Origin: a virus
Lineage: Duplodnaviria; Caudoviricetes
Strand: one strand, 5' to 3'
DNA: 64,000 bases
Virus record (IMG/VR): IMGVR_UViG_3300025653_000035
Coordinates: 1,094-65,093 of that record
Shown here one piece after another: positions 9,830 through 16,962 of this stretch (position 1 is the first letter of the stretch; each line of letters starts with the position of its first letter). The translations under genes were made by a program, and so were the position numbers. Under the pieces are notes generated by a model. The model was not told the DNA's origin. It saw only the letters and a list, made by a program, of their open reading frames with translations, and did no database searches.

Positions 9830-9858
9830 AGTATAACAGGAAAACCGTCAGGCGTCAA
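9830..9858 (-). promoter_or_regulatory. Sigma70-type promoter for gene 32 (TTGACG-N17-TATACT)
   Basis: Hexamers at 9858-9853 and 9835-9830, exact 17-nt spacer. Confidence 0.8.
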
Positions 9859-10180
9859 CGTATTTTTTAAGTGCCTCGATGGTTGCGTTCATACTACTGA
9901 ATAGCATAGTCATATCGGTCTCGGGGGGAAATCCCATTAAAGAAACCGACTTACGAAGGTTCTCTTTCATTTCAACCGCTTGTGGATCGTCTGAAAGAGA
10001 TAACCTAGTATACATCACTTTTTGTTTTTCTAGCAAGTCAGAAAGTATTTCAATGTGTTCCAGTTTGTCTTCTTTTGACATCATACCAAAATTAAAGAGA
10101 GATCCATAAATCTTCTCTTGTAGTTTATTGATTTCTTTTAATTCTTCCTGAATAATTTCAGAATCGAAAAAATCACTCAT
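9848..10180 (-). CDS. DUF1825-family protein
   Basis: MSDFFDSEIIQEEL; YTRLSLSDDPQAVEMK; MGF match this cyanobacterial/cyanophage family. Confidence 0.7.
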   Translation of the reverse strand: MSDFFDSEIIQEELKEINKLQEKIYGSLFNFGMMSKEDKLEHIEILSDLLEKQKVMYTRLSLSDDPQAVEMKENLRKSVSLMGFPPETDMTMLFSSMNATIEALKKYVDA

Positions 10181-10355
10181 TTTCTGGAACTACTACTTCA
10201 GTTTCTTTTACTTCATTTGCCTCTTCAATTTGAGTCAAGACATCAATCGCACCATCAAGTTTGAGAAGAGTTGTGCGAGCAGAATCAATCTGCTTCATAA
10301 TATCTTCACGCTGTTTAGTGAGATTTTCAAGTACAGTTTTGTTGTCAAGAGTCAT
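10173..10355 (-). CDS. Small coiled-coil hypothetical protein
   Basis: Overlap-coupled between gp59 and DUF1825. Confidence 0.6.
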   Translation of the reverse strand: MTLDNKTVLENLTKQREDIMKQIDSARTTLLKLDGAIDVLTQIEEANEVKETEVVVPENE

Positions 10356-10954
10356 TGTTCAATAATCTCCTTCAAAATTTTTTTAAATTGAAATACATCA
10401 ATATTTAGAAAGGGTCCGTACTTCTTTAATTTAAGACTTACGGTTTCCCACACTGGATCGTCCAACTTTTTATCAAAGTTTTTTGAGAAATGGAATATTT
10501 TGTCGTATATTACGAAGTTTTCTAGAGACAATCTCCCGCTTAGATACTCTTTCAAAAGAACTGGGTGTCCTTTGGAACAGTCGAATAGATTCTTGAATTC
10601 GTTCTGACAGAACAATTCGTTGCTTTGTTCTTTGAACAAGTAAGTCGAACTCTGTCTCCTCTTTTTCCATTCGGCGTAAGTCCTTTCGCCAGAATTGATA
10701 ATTTCTCCAATCCATAAGTTCTGTGGGTTGTCTGCGGCAGAAAAATTAGATACTAAAAAATCAATGACTTCTTCATCAGAATACTTGCGACTTGTTTTTT
10801 CGAACCAGTACTTATCCTTCCTCTTATTGAAAGAGGTTACACTAGCACGGGTCTTCGCACCGTATTTAAAGAAGTCGTATTTTGGATTTGTAAAGTGGTT
10901 TTTGAGCGAGAGGTAATGTTGGTAAGTTTCAAAGGGTGACATAATAAATTTCAA
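10352..10954 (-). CDS. gp59: Helicase loader gp59
   Basis: YLSLKNHFTNPKYDFFKY; FNKRKDKYWFEK; YGPFL. Confidence 0.9.
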   Translation of the reverse strand: MKFIMSPFETYQHYLSLKNHFTNPKYDFFKYGAKTRASVTSFNKRKDKYWFEKTSRKYSDEEVIDFLVSNFSAADNPQNLWIGEIINSGERTYAEWKKRRQSSTYLFKEQSNELFCQNEFKNLFDCSKGHPVLLKEYLSGRLSLENFVIYDKIFHFSKNFDKKLDDPVWETVSLKLKKYGPFLNIDVFQFKKILKEIIEQ

Positions 10955-10957
10955 GAA

Positions 10958-11662
10958 TTACTTTCCTCCGTATTTTTTGTATCTGCTACCTTCGGTAGAA
11001 GACCATCCCCTCTTTGTAAATTTGCCTGTAGATTTATTGAGTTCACCAGTTTTGCCTTTTAGTTTGGCAAGAACTCTTGTTGGTGATGGTGAATTGAGAG
11101 CACCTTTTTGAGTTGGTTTCATTGTTGCTGTTGATGTTGATGTTGATCTCATAGATGGAATTCTTCCCCCGCCGCCACCATAAGTTCTTGCAATACTAGC
11201 AACTGTTGAAGCATAGTTGGGGTCAGTTGCATAAGCACCATGACTTATTTCATTAGATCCAGGAATTCTAGCACCACCAGGAATTTGAAGTCTTCTGGCA
11301 GCATCCTCAACACTCTCTGCATCTCTAGTTTTATAACTCCATGTTTTCATTCTATCACGAATAGAAGCATCTAAACTATCATAATTTTTGAAAGGTTCAT
11401 TCATCATTACACTACGACCATTAATGACTTCTCTTGTTCTCATTCTAGTGGTGTTATCACGACTAGTTCCTTTTTGTCCAAAATAGTTATTAGCACCACT
11501 TGGATATTTTCCATATCCAGTTTCCAGAGATGCTTGAGCAGCAATAGTATCAGCTTCTATAGGGGAAGCACCAGCAGATAATGCCCCCTGTTTAATTCTA
11601 TTATAAAATTGCTGATTTCTATCTTCTTGCAAGTTGTGATAGAACTCTGAAAAAGTTTTCAT
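10958..11662 (-). CDS. GH73 (FlgJ-like) muramidase/glucosaminidase with capsid-targeting-like N-terminus
   Basis: IAAQASLETGYG; NNYFGQKG; YATDPNY GH73 motifs; starts MKTFSEF. Confidence 0.8.
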   Translation of the reverse strand: MKTFSEFYHNLQEDRNQQFYNRIKQGALSAGASPIEADTIAAQASLETGYGKYPSGANNYFGQKGTSRDNTTRMRTREVINGRSVMMNEPFKNYDSLDASIRDRMKTWSYKTRDAESVEDAARRLQIPGGARIPGSNEISHGAYATDPNYASTVASIARTYGGGGGRIPSMRSTSTSTATMKPTQKGALNSPSPTRVLAKLKGKTGELNKSTGKFTKRGWSSTEGSRYKKYGGK

Positions 11663-11684
11663 TTATCCTGAACCAATATAATAA

Positions 11685-11691
11685 TATTTAT
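11685..11691 (-). promoter_or_regulatory. Late promoter ATAAATA upstream of the GH73 gene
   Basis: Motif overlaps the gp33 stop, ~22 nt before ATG. Confidence 0.65.
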
Positions 11692-11951
11692 TATAGAGGT
11701 AGTTTAGCTCTTGAAGTTCTTTTCATAAAATTGAGTCTTGTAGCGTCCCACTTCAGTTTTTCTTTCAATGGTTTAGATACAAGTTTCGTGACAGATTCTA
11801 CTTCAAGTTCGTTGATTTCACAATAGTGGCAGATAGCATCAATATAATTGAATTTTTCTTCTGCGACAATCTTTTCAATTTCTAGTGCAAATTTTGATGG
11901 CGTAAGAAATTTACTTTCTATTGCTTTTTCTAATTCTTTATTGGGTTCCAT
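11691..11951 (-). CDS. gp33: Late transcription coactivator gp33 (86 aa; start reassigned to MEPNKEL)
   Basis: FALEIEKIV..EKFNYIDAICHYCEINELEVESV.KLVSKPLKEKLK.DAT.LNF; the longer track start would overlap the exonuclease by >100 nt. Confidence 0.88.
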   Translation of the reverse strand: MEPNKELEKAIESKFLTPSKFALEIEKIVAEEKFNYIDAICHYCEINELEVESVTKLVSKPLKEKLKWDATRLNFMKRTSRAKLPL

Positions 11952-12618
11952 AGAGTTCCAGTTTATCTCTAACAAACTTTCTAATGTATTTGCCGAGTAG
12001 TTTGATGTACTTTGATTTGTCTCGTTCTTCATAGACGACGCATTCTCCATTTTCACAAGCCATGATGATTACAAGTTTTTTGACTGAGATGCCAGTCAGT
12101 TCATACAGCATACAACCATATGCCATGCACTGTACAAAGTAGTGGTCAATCCACTCTCTAGGTTTTGGTTTTTTTGATGTCTTGAAATCGATTATAGCTA
12201 ACTCGCCGTCATATTCAGCGATACAATCAACAGTCCCTGCTACACCTAGTTGTTTACTATACAGAGACCCTTCAAGGGCGTAAATATTATTTATACGATT
12301 TAAATCTGTCTTTGAAATTTTGAAAAGAAAGTCAGAGATTGGTTGAACTTTGGGAAGATCTTCATTTTTGAGATGATGTTCTACGAGAGTGTGCATATCG
12401 GTTCCACGACTTGTTGCCGCTTTTGTAATCCGATCTGCTTCTTCATTACCAACTTTTTTTCGCCACTTTACAAAAATCTCCTTATTAAAATGACTGGTCA
12501 CCGATGTAATGGAGACCAGTCGTAGGAGTTCTTCTTCATCTGGAACTTTGTAATATCGTACACCATCAATGGTTTCACGGTCCAGACTAGGAAGATCAAC
12601 ATTTACATGATTAAACAT
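11938..12618 (-). CDS. PD-(D/E)XK exonuclease (Cas4/lambda-exo-like, conserved in cyanophages)
   Basis: SITSV; RGTDMH; AGTVDCIAEYDGELAIIDFKTS; YFVQCMAY. Confidence 0.85.
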   Translation of the reverse strand: MFNHVNVDLPSLDRETIDGVRYYKVPDEEELLRLVSITSVTSHFNKEIFVKWRKKVGNEEADRITKAATSRGTDMHTLVEHHLKNEDLPKVQPISDFLFKISKTDLNRINNIYALEGSLYSKQLGVAGTVDCIAEYDGELAIIDFKTSKKPKPREWIDHYFVQCMAYGCMLYELTGISVKKLVIIMACENGECVVYEERDKSKYIKLLGKYIRKFVRDKLELYGTQ

Positions 12619-13376
12619 TAAAAACCTGCTTCCATTTTTGCGATGATGTATTCTTTGACAAGTCCAGAGCGAACAATATCATCAACACCAAACTCAATTA
12701 TATCAAATGATTCCATTTTACGCAAGACATTCATAAAATCATGAATACCATTTTTTTCATTTGCTTTCTGTAAGTCAGACTGTGAAGAGTCCCCACAGAA
12801 ACAAATTTTGGTGTTTTCCCCGACACGAGTAATAATAGAATCTAGTTCATGGAAGTTTAGATTCTGATACTCATCCACAATAACAATAGCATTGTCAAGA
12901 GTAGTTCCACGCAAGAATGAAGTGGACCAGAACTTAATAGATTCTTGAGATTTAAGGTTACCATACAGCATTTCAAAGTCAGCGTCAGAAGGCATTTGGA
13001 ACATATACTTCACCATATTCTTATAAGGAATCTGGTAAATATCTGCCTTATCTTCATGTGAACCAGGCAAGAATCCAATCTCTCTGGTTGCTACAAGGGA
13101 GCGTACAAGGTAGATACGCTCATAAGGTGTATTCTCACTCAAAACATCACGAAGTGCATTATAAAGAGTAATAAAGGTCTTACCAGTACCTGCACAACCA
13201 TAAGCAACGATGTGTTTACCTTCATCATATGAATTAAAAAGGCGTTTTTGATTTTCTGTCAGCGGTTCAATATCAATCAGGTATTCCTGACTGAGTGGTT
13301 TTTTTCGCTTCATCTGCTTTGCCGTGAGTCCAACCCCGATAGGTTGCTCTGCAGATGCTCTCTTTCTTCTTGCCAT
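12618..13376 (-). CDS. phoH: PhoH-family ATPase
   Basis: GCAGTGKT Walker A; IGFLPG; FLRGTT; IVDEYQN; GDSSQSDL; DIVRSGLV. Confidence 0.95.
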   Translation of the reverse strand: MARRKRASAEQPIGVGLTAKQMKRKKPLSQEYLIDIEPLTENQKRLFNSYDEGKHIVAYGCAGTGKTFITLYNALRDVLSENTPYERIYLVRSLVATREIGFLPGSHEDKADIYQIPYKNMVKYMFQMPSDADFEMLYGNLKSQESIKFWSTSFLRGTTLDNAIVIVDEYQNLNFHELDSIITRVGENTKICFCGDSSQSDLQKANEKNGIHDFMNVLRKMESFDIIEFGVDDIVRSGLVKEYIIAKMEAGF

Positions 13377-13383
13377 AGGTTAC

Positions 13384-13632
13384 TCAGATTTTTTTAACTC
13401 TTGATCCTGGTGCTTTTGATGCTTTTTGAAGAACGTCATTCCATCCAGGATTTTTAGCGACGAGTTTATCTCGCCACTCTCCTACTTCCCCAGGTTGAGG
13501 ACAAGTTGATGGATCTGACCAATCCCGTTGCCAATCAGGATTGTCTTCTTTCCATTGATCCCACTCGTGAACACTTAATGTCACCTCTTTTTGTTCACCA
13601 GTTTCTTTATGAATAACAGGGTATGTTGCCAA
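13384..13632 (-). CDS. Conserved cyanophage protein (MATYPV..., TTG start)
   Basis: Strong SD AGGAGG before TTG; ends GWNDVLQKASKAPGSRV. Confidence 0.7.
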   Translation of the reverse strand: MATYPVIHKETGEQKEVTLSVHEWDQWKEDNPDWQRDWSDPSTCPQPGEVGEWRDKLVAKNPGWNDVLQKASKAPGSRVKKI

Positions 13633-13662
13633 AATCTCACCTCCTAAATGATATGAACTTAT

Positions 13663-14298
13663 TTAGACCCACTCCAGTGCTTCTGCCACTGTTGGGAACT
13701 GCTCTGCAAAGATAGTCTTACACTGCTCTGCAATCTCCATATGCTCCTTCTGGGTGCCGTTAGCAGAACGCAGTTGAATGTAGTGAATCCAGGAACGGCA
13801 AGATCCCGACATGTACAAGCGAGTCGGAGTTGCCAGAGGAAGCACAAAGCGAGCACACTCTTTCGCCACGCCCATATCAAGCATTGATTGGTAAAGCACC
13901 ATTGCTTCATCAAAGTGCTTCCTCATTTTGATCTCGAACTCCTGCTTAACGAAAGGATCAATGTCGTCAATAGAATTTTGACGATTCTTGGTGTCCTGAC
14001 GGCGAAGTTCTGGGAGCGGGATCGTCTCCGAGAGTAGGGAAGAATCAGCATAGCGTTGCGAAAACTCTTGATATGTGAAACTACGGTGACGCAAAATCTG
14101 AGCTGCCAGACCACGAGTAGTCTCAATCTCCAGAGTCATAAAACTCTGTTCAAACACAGACCAGTGGTTGTGCTTGATACAATAACCCAATAACTTGGCA
14201 TAGTTGGGGTTTTCCTGATTATTTGGGTTCGACACTCTGGCAACATATGCCATTGTCTGCTCCGCATCAGGAGTTACACTAACCAGTTTTACGCTCAT
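13663..14298 (-). CDS. thyX: Flavin-dependent thymidylate synthase ThyX
   Basis: HWSVFEQ; QILRHRSFTYQEFSQRY; ECARFVLP; GTQKEH. Confidence 0.96.
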   Translation of the reverse strand: MSVKLVSVTPDAEQTMAYVARVSNPNNQENPNYAKLLGYCIKHNHWSVFEQSFMTLEIETTRGLAAQILRHRSFTYQEFSQRYADSSLLSETIPLPELRRQDTKNRQNSIDDIDPFVKQEFEIKMRKHFDEAMVLYQSMLDMGVAKECARFVLPLATPTRLYMSGSCRSWIHYIQLRSANGTQKEHMEIAEQCKTIFAEQFPTVAEALEWV

Positions 14299-14489
14299 TG
14301 ACCAAATCCTTTCGATACTTTTTTCTCTAGTTCTGCGAGTTCTTCTTCTAACACTCGCAGTTGTTGTTTCATTTCAATAATCTTTTCAGTACTATAAAGA
14401 TGCTCCTGTTTAATCAGTCTACGAAGCAACTTCATATACTTTCTTGCTCTATCAGTCGGGATACCCATCGTCGTCCTCAAAGATTTCAT
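14295..14489 (-). CDS. Small conserved hypothetical (start possibly MGIPTD)
   Basis: QEHLYS...SKGFG; ATGA-coupled to thyX. Confidence 0.6.
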   Translation of the reverse strand: MKSLRTTMGIPTDRARKYMKLLRRLIKQEHLYSTEKIIEMKQQLRVLEEELAELEKKVSKGFGQ

Positions 14490-14622
14490 CGTAATCGTGC
14501 AAACTCTGCCTCACCTCATCATAGTTCATATAACTTTGAGTATCAGAGTATACTTCTGCTTTGAGAGAATCTACTAGAAGTTCAAGATTACGAACGATTA
14601 GTTTTAGTTTGTCTCGTTCCAT
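14452..14622 (-). CDS. Small acidic conserved hypothetical (56 aa, absent from track)
   Basis: Hand translation MERDKLKLIVRNLELLVDSLKAEVYSDTQSYMNYDEVRQSLHDYDEIFEDDDGYPD. Confidence 0.7.
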   Translation of the reverse strand: MERDKLKLIVRNLELLVDSLKAEVYSDTQSYMNYDEVRQSLHDYDEIFEDDDGYPD

Positions 14623-14645
14623 AAGAGATAGTTCTCACTGGACGT

Positions 14646-14683
14646 ATTTTAGCATAAAAAAAGAGGGGTGTGAACCCCGCTCT
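14646..14683 (-). terminator. Intrinsic terminator whose loop is the -35 of an overlapping sigma70 promoter
   Basis: GAGCGGGG-TTCACA-CCCCTC-T7 hairpin; TTCACA-N17-TAAAAT with TGn extension. Confidence 0.7.
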
Positions 14684-14700
14684 ATTCGTTTACAAGTAAC

Positions 14701-14865
14701 TCACTTATTATAAGTATGACCACGATAGCAGAAGGTGCCGTGGGTTTCCCCTTCACCTTGCTTGCACTCATACTGAACACCACGATAGGATGTCATATGA
14801 ATTTGTGCGTCGTGAAGTGCAGATGCTTTTTCAATCTGCTTTTTGATCATGTTAAGTGTGTTCAT
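14701..14865 (-). CDS. YRG-motif (DUF4278-like) peptide, 54 aa, absent from track
   Basis: MNTLNMIKKQIEKASALHDAQIHMTSYRGVQYECKQGEGETHGTFCYRGHTYNK; two YRG motifs; SD AGGAGA. Confidence 0.8.
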   Translation of the reverse strand: MNTLNMIKKQIEKASALHDAQIHMTSYRGVQYECKQGEGETHGTFCYRGHTYNK

Positions 14866-14899
14866 GGTTGTCTCCTGAAATACTAAGGTTAATTAAAAC

Positions 14900-15124
14900 C
14901 CGTTCCTTCAGTCGTTTGCGTCCCAATAGCAGTGAGGAACAGATTCCTTTACGGTCTCTACCAATTCTACTACCACTGCTGGCGGTAGATCTCGGTTTTT
15001 ACTGATCTTTATCATTAAAGATTCAGCATCCTGACATGAAATTGTAGAATACAATAGTAGTTCTAACATGGGATGAACGCTCCGTTCCGCGACTTACTTG
15101 CGTCAGAGTTTCCTCTGATGAACG
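14900..15124 (-). ncRNA. Glutamine riboswitch-like (glnA / Downstream-peptide family) element with ORF-containing loop
   Basis: CGTTC-A-TCAGAG-GAAA-CTCTGA-CGCAAGTA-AGTCG ... CGACT-GAAG-GAACG-G; P1, P2, P3 pairings read by hand; begins ~7 nt after a -10 box. Confidence 0.8.
14908..15069 (-). CDS. 53-aa ORF nested inside the riboswitch (ends YWDAND)
   Basis: MLELLLYSTISCQDAESLMIKISKNRDLPPAVVVELVETVKESVPHCYWDAND; GGAG 10 nt upstream of ATG. Confidence 0.65.
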   Translation of the reverse strand: MLELLLYSTISCQDAESLMIKISKNRDLPPAVVVELVETVKESVPHCYWDAND

Positions 15125-15131
15125 TACAGGT

Positions 15132-15160
15132 ATTATATACCTTATGTGGATATTTAGCAA
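15132..15160 (-). promoter_or_regulatory. Sigma70 promoter TTGCTA-N17-TATAAT driving the riboswitch transcript (contains CTAAATA late motif)
   Basis: Hexamers 15160-15155 and 15137-15132. Confidence 0.8.
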
Positions 15161-15198
15161 CTATAAACTGTATAATTTGATACAAAACCTTACAGGTC

Positions 15199-15229
15199 AA
15201 AAAAATGCTGAGAAAATTTCCCAGCATTT
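15199..15229 (-). terminator. Intrinsic terminator after 15236..15595
   Basis: AAATGCTG(G)GAA-ATT-TTC(T)CAGCATTT hairpin followed by a T-run. Confidence 0.7.
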
Positions 15230-15235
15230 ATCAAA

Positions 15236-15595
15236 TCACTTTTTCTTTTTGGTTTGAGGTGGTTTTGCTCCCCAGAGTTTGGGATTATGCCTGCCCATAC
15301 CATACTCAATGCTTTTGAGTCCGTCACGAAATTTATCCCAGTACATATCAAAGATATTAACTGCTTTCTGACTACGAGTTAGATCATAACGAAGTTCACC
15401 ATCAACTTCATACTTAACAATCCTAGCATCATTGGGGCATTCTTTTGTGGTCACTTGATCCCAAGTACCATTTTCAATCATAATCTCCACACCATATTTT
15501 TGTTTGGAGTTTTCTTTTTCGGATGCTGACCAGGAATACATAGGATTATTCTCTACTGATGTCTGTGTAGACATCTCTGCGACGTTTTTTGTCAT
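15236..15595 (-). CDS. Conserved cyanophage hypothetical protein
   Basis: YDLTRS...IFDMYWDKF...YG.G..NPKLWG; intact ORF in operon. Confidence 0.7.
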   Translation of the reverse strand: MTKNVAEMSTQTSVENNPMYSWSASEKENSKQKYGVEIMIENGTWDQVTTKECPNDARIVKYEVDGELRYDLTRSQKAVNIFDMYWDKFRDGLKSIEYGMGRHNPKLWGAKPPQTKKKK

Positions 15596-15612
15596 AATGT
15601 AAAAGTTTTAAA

Positions 15613-16233
15613 TTAAGAACGACCACCCCAAATGATATCTGGGAATGCCTGAGATACATTCTCCTTGGAAATTTTATACTTAGTTTCAAGTTTCTTATCC
15701 TTTACAAGGCAGAGAATTTCTGCTTCAAGTGGATGAAGACCTTGAAGTATATTGATAAACATAGTCTCTCTACGAAGAGAACTCAACCTATCGTTACCAC
15801 CTCTTACAAAGTTATAAAATTTTTGATATTCTTTGCGAAGACTAGAACGTCCTTGATCTTGTGATCCAAGGGACTTGGTTCCAAGTTCTCCCATTTTTTC
15901 AACTGCATCAGCAATTTTCTCACTCAGTGTTCCCTTAAAAGAATCTTGCTCATCAACAGCAGCATAAGGAACATCACCAGGAGGTAAAGCAGAAATTACA
16001 CTCTCATCAAAGTTCCAAATAAACAATGATTTGAGACAAGGATGAGAAAACTTTTGAAGTGCTTCTGCTTTTTTAGCATTGCTTCTCTGCTTAGAGGCAA
16101 TTTCAAAAACTTCAAACACAAAAGGATTTGTGGGGAGATCTGGAATTGCCTGAGTGGTTGTTTTTGCTCTTGGTTTTGACGCCGTTGTCTTTCTAGTCGT
16201 CGTTTTCTTCGTTGTCGTCATAATAGTTTTCAA
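15613..16233 (-). CDS. Conserved cyanophage hypothetical protein
   Basis: WNFDESVISALPPGDVPY; RRETMFINILQGLHPLEAEIL. Confidence 0.75.
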   Translation of the reverse strand: MKTIMTTTKKTTTRKTTASKPRAKTTTQAIPDLPTNPFVFEVFEIASKQRSNAKKAEALQKFSHPCLKSLFIWNFDESVISALPPGDVPYAAVDEQDSFKGTLSEKIADAVEKMGELGTKSLGSQDQGRSSLRKEYQKFYNFVRGGNDRLSSLRRETMFINILQGLHPLEAEILCLVKDKKLETKYKISKENVSQAFPDIIWGGRS

Positions 16234-16414
16234 AATTAAATGCGATCACCTCATCTGGGATCAAGTTTCCTTGTCCATCAAACATTTCGGGGTGAGGTCT
16301 TGGAATTTCCCGATAGTTCATCATATATTCTCTAGCAACCCATCCACCAATAAGTCCCACGATCAGAAATAATACTGTTAGGAATGAACCGAATACTAAA
16401 CCTGCTGCTAACAT
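16193..16414 (-). CDS. Small membrane-anchored hypothetical
   Basis: N-terminal TM helix; HPEMFD..GNLIPDE. Confidence 0.65.
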   Translation of the reverse strand: MLAAGLVFGSFLTVLFLIVGLIGGWVAREYMMNYREIPRPHPEMFDGQGNLIPDEVIAFNFENYYDDNEENDD

Positions 16415-16432
16415 TTTTCTTACCTAGGGAAA

Positions 16433-16651
16433 CTACTTTTTCTTTCTCATTTTTAGAGAAAATTCAAAATAGATAGTTACTTCCCTTTTTAAGAAGCAAA
16501 CCATCTTTTCAAAAATAATGTGAAATGGTTTTGATTGCTTCTTTCCTCCATTAAGAATAAGTTCAACACCACGATTTACATCGCGGATCTTAGATTTATT
16601 TATGTGTTGATTAGATAACTTTTTCTTCTCTGAGAAACTGAATGGTGTCAA
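16433..16651 (-). CDS. Small basic hypothetical (start uncertain)
   Basis: ORF in operon behind glutaredoxin. Confidence 0.5.
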   Translation of the reverse strand: MTPFSFSEKKKLSNQHINKSKIRDVNRGVELILNGGKKQSKPFHIIFEKMVCFLKREVTIYFEFSLKMRKKK

Positions 16652-16847
16652 CGCATCCTCCTATCTTTTTATCATCACATAAAACTTGTGGGAATGTAGA
16701 ACCCTCCCCAAATGTATCATAAAACTCTTGCCGTGTAAAGTCTCTGTCAAGTTTATACTCAACAAATTTCTTACCAGTCATTTCCAAGACTGTCATTACC
16801 TTAGTGCAATAAGGACATCCTGTTTTTGAATATACTAAAAATTTCAT
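16611..16847 (-). CDS. nrdC: Glutaredoxin
   Basis: CPYC; TFPQV; IGGCVD. Confidence 0.9.
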   Translation of the reverse strand: MKFLVYSKTGCPYCTKVMTVLEMTGKKFVEYKLDRDFTRQEFYDTFGEGSTFPQVLCDDKKIGGCVDTIQFLREEKVI

Positions 16848-16869
16848 AGAAAATAGTTAGATAGAAATT

Positions 16870-16898
16870 ATCATAAAACAAATCTACTTATAAGTCAA
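16870..16898 (-). promoter_or_regulatory. Sigma70 promoter TTGACT-N17-TATGAT for the glutaredoxin operon
   Basis: Hexamers 16898-16893 and 16875-16870. Confidence 0.7.
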
Positions 16899-16901
16899 GG
16901 C

Positions 16902-16930
16902 TTGACATACCTCTGAATTACAAGTAGACT
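16902..16930 (+). promoter_or_regulatory. Sigma70 promoter TTGACA-N17-TAGACT facing antisense into the structural operon
   Basis: Back-to-back with the minus-strand promoter; no credible + gene downstream. Confidence 0.6.
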
Positions 16931-16962
16931 AGGTTTGTTGCTTTTAAAGATGGGATTTAGCT

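Noticed and set aside
9000-9836. 278-aa + strand ORF
   Set aside because: Antisense shadow of gp32 with no recognisable motifs or start signals
11952-12056. Extended gp33 N-terminus from the ORF track
   Set aside because: Would overlap the exonuclease by >100 nt; the gp33-like sequence begins at MEPNKEL (11951)
11938-12618. Cas4 / CRISPR system
   Set aside because: This Cas4-like exonuclease is a standard cyanophage gene next to phoH; no repeat-spacer array or other cas genes were seen
14900-15124. Two independent conventional tandem aptamers
   Set aside because: Neither half has its own P3; the only good P3 pairing (AGUCG/CGACU) links the first half to the second
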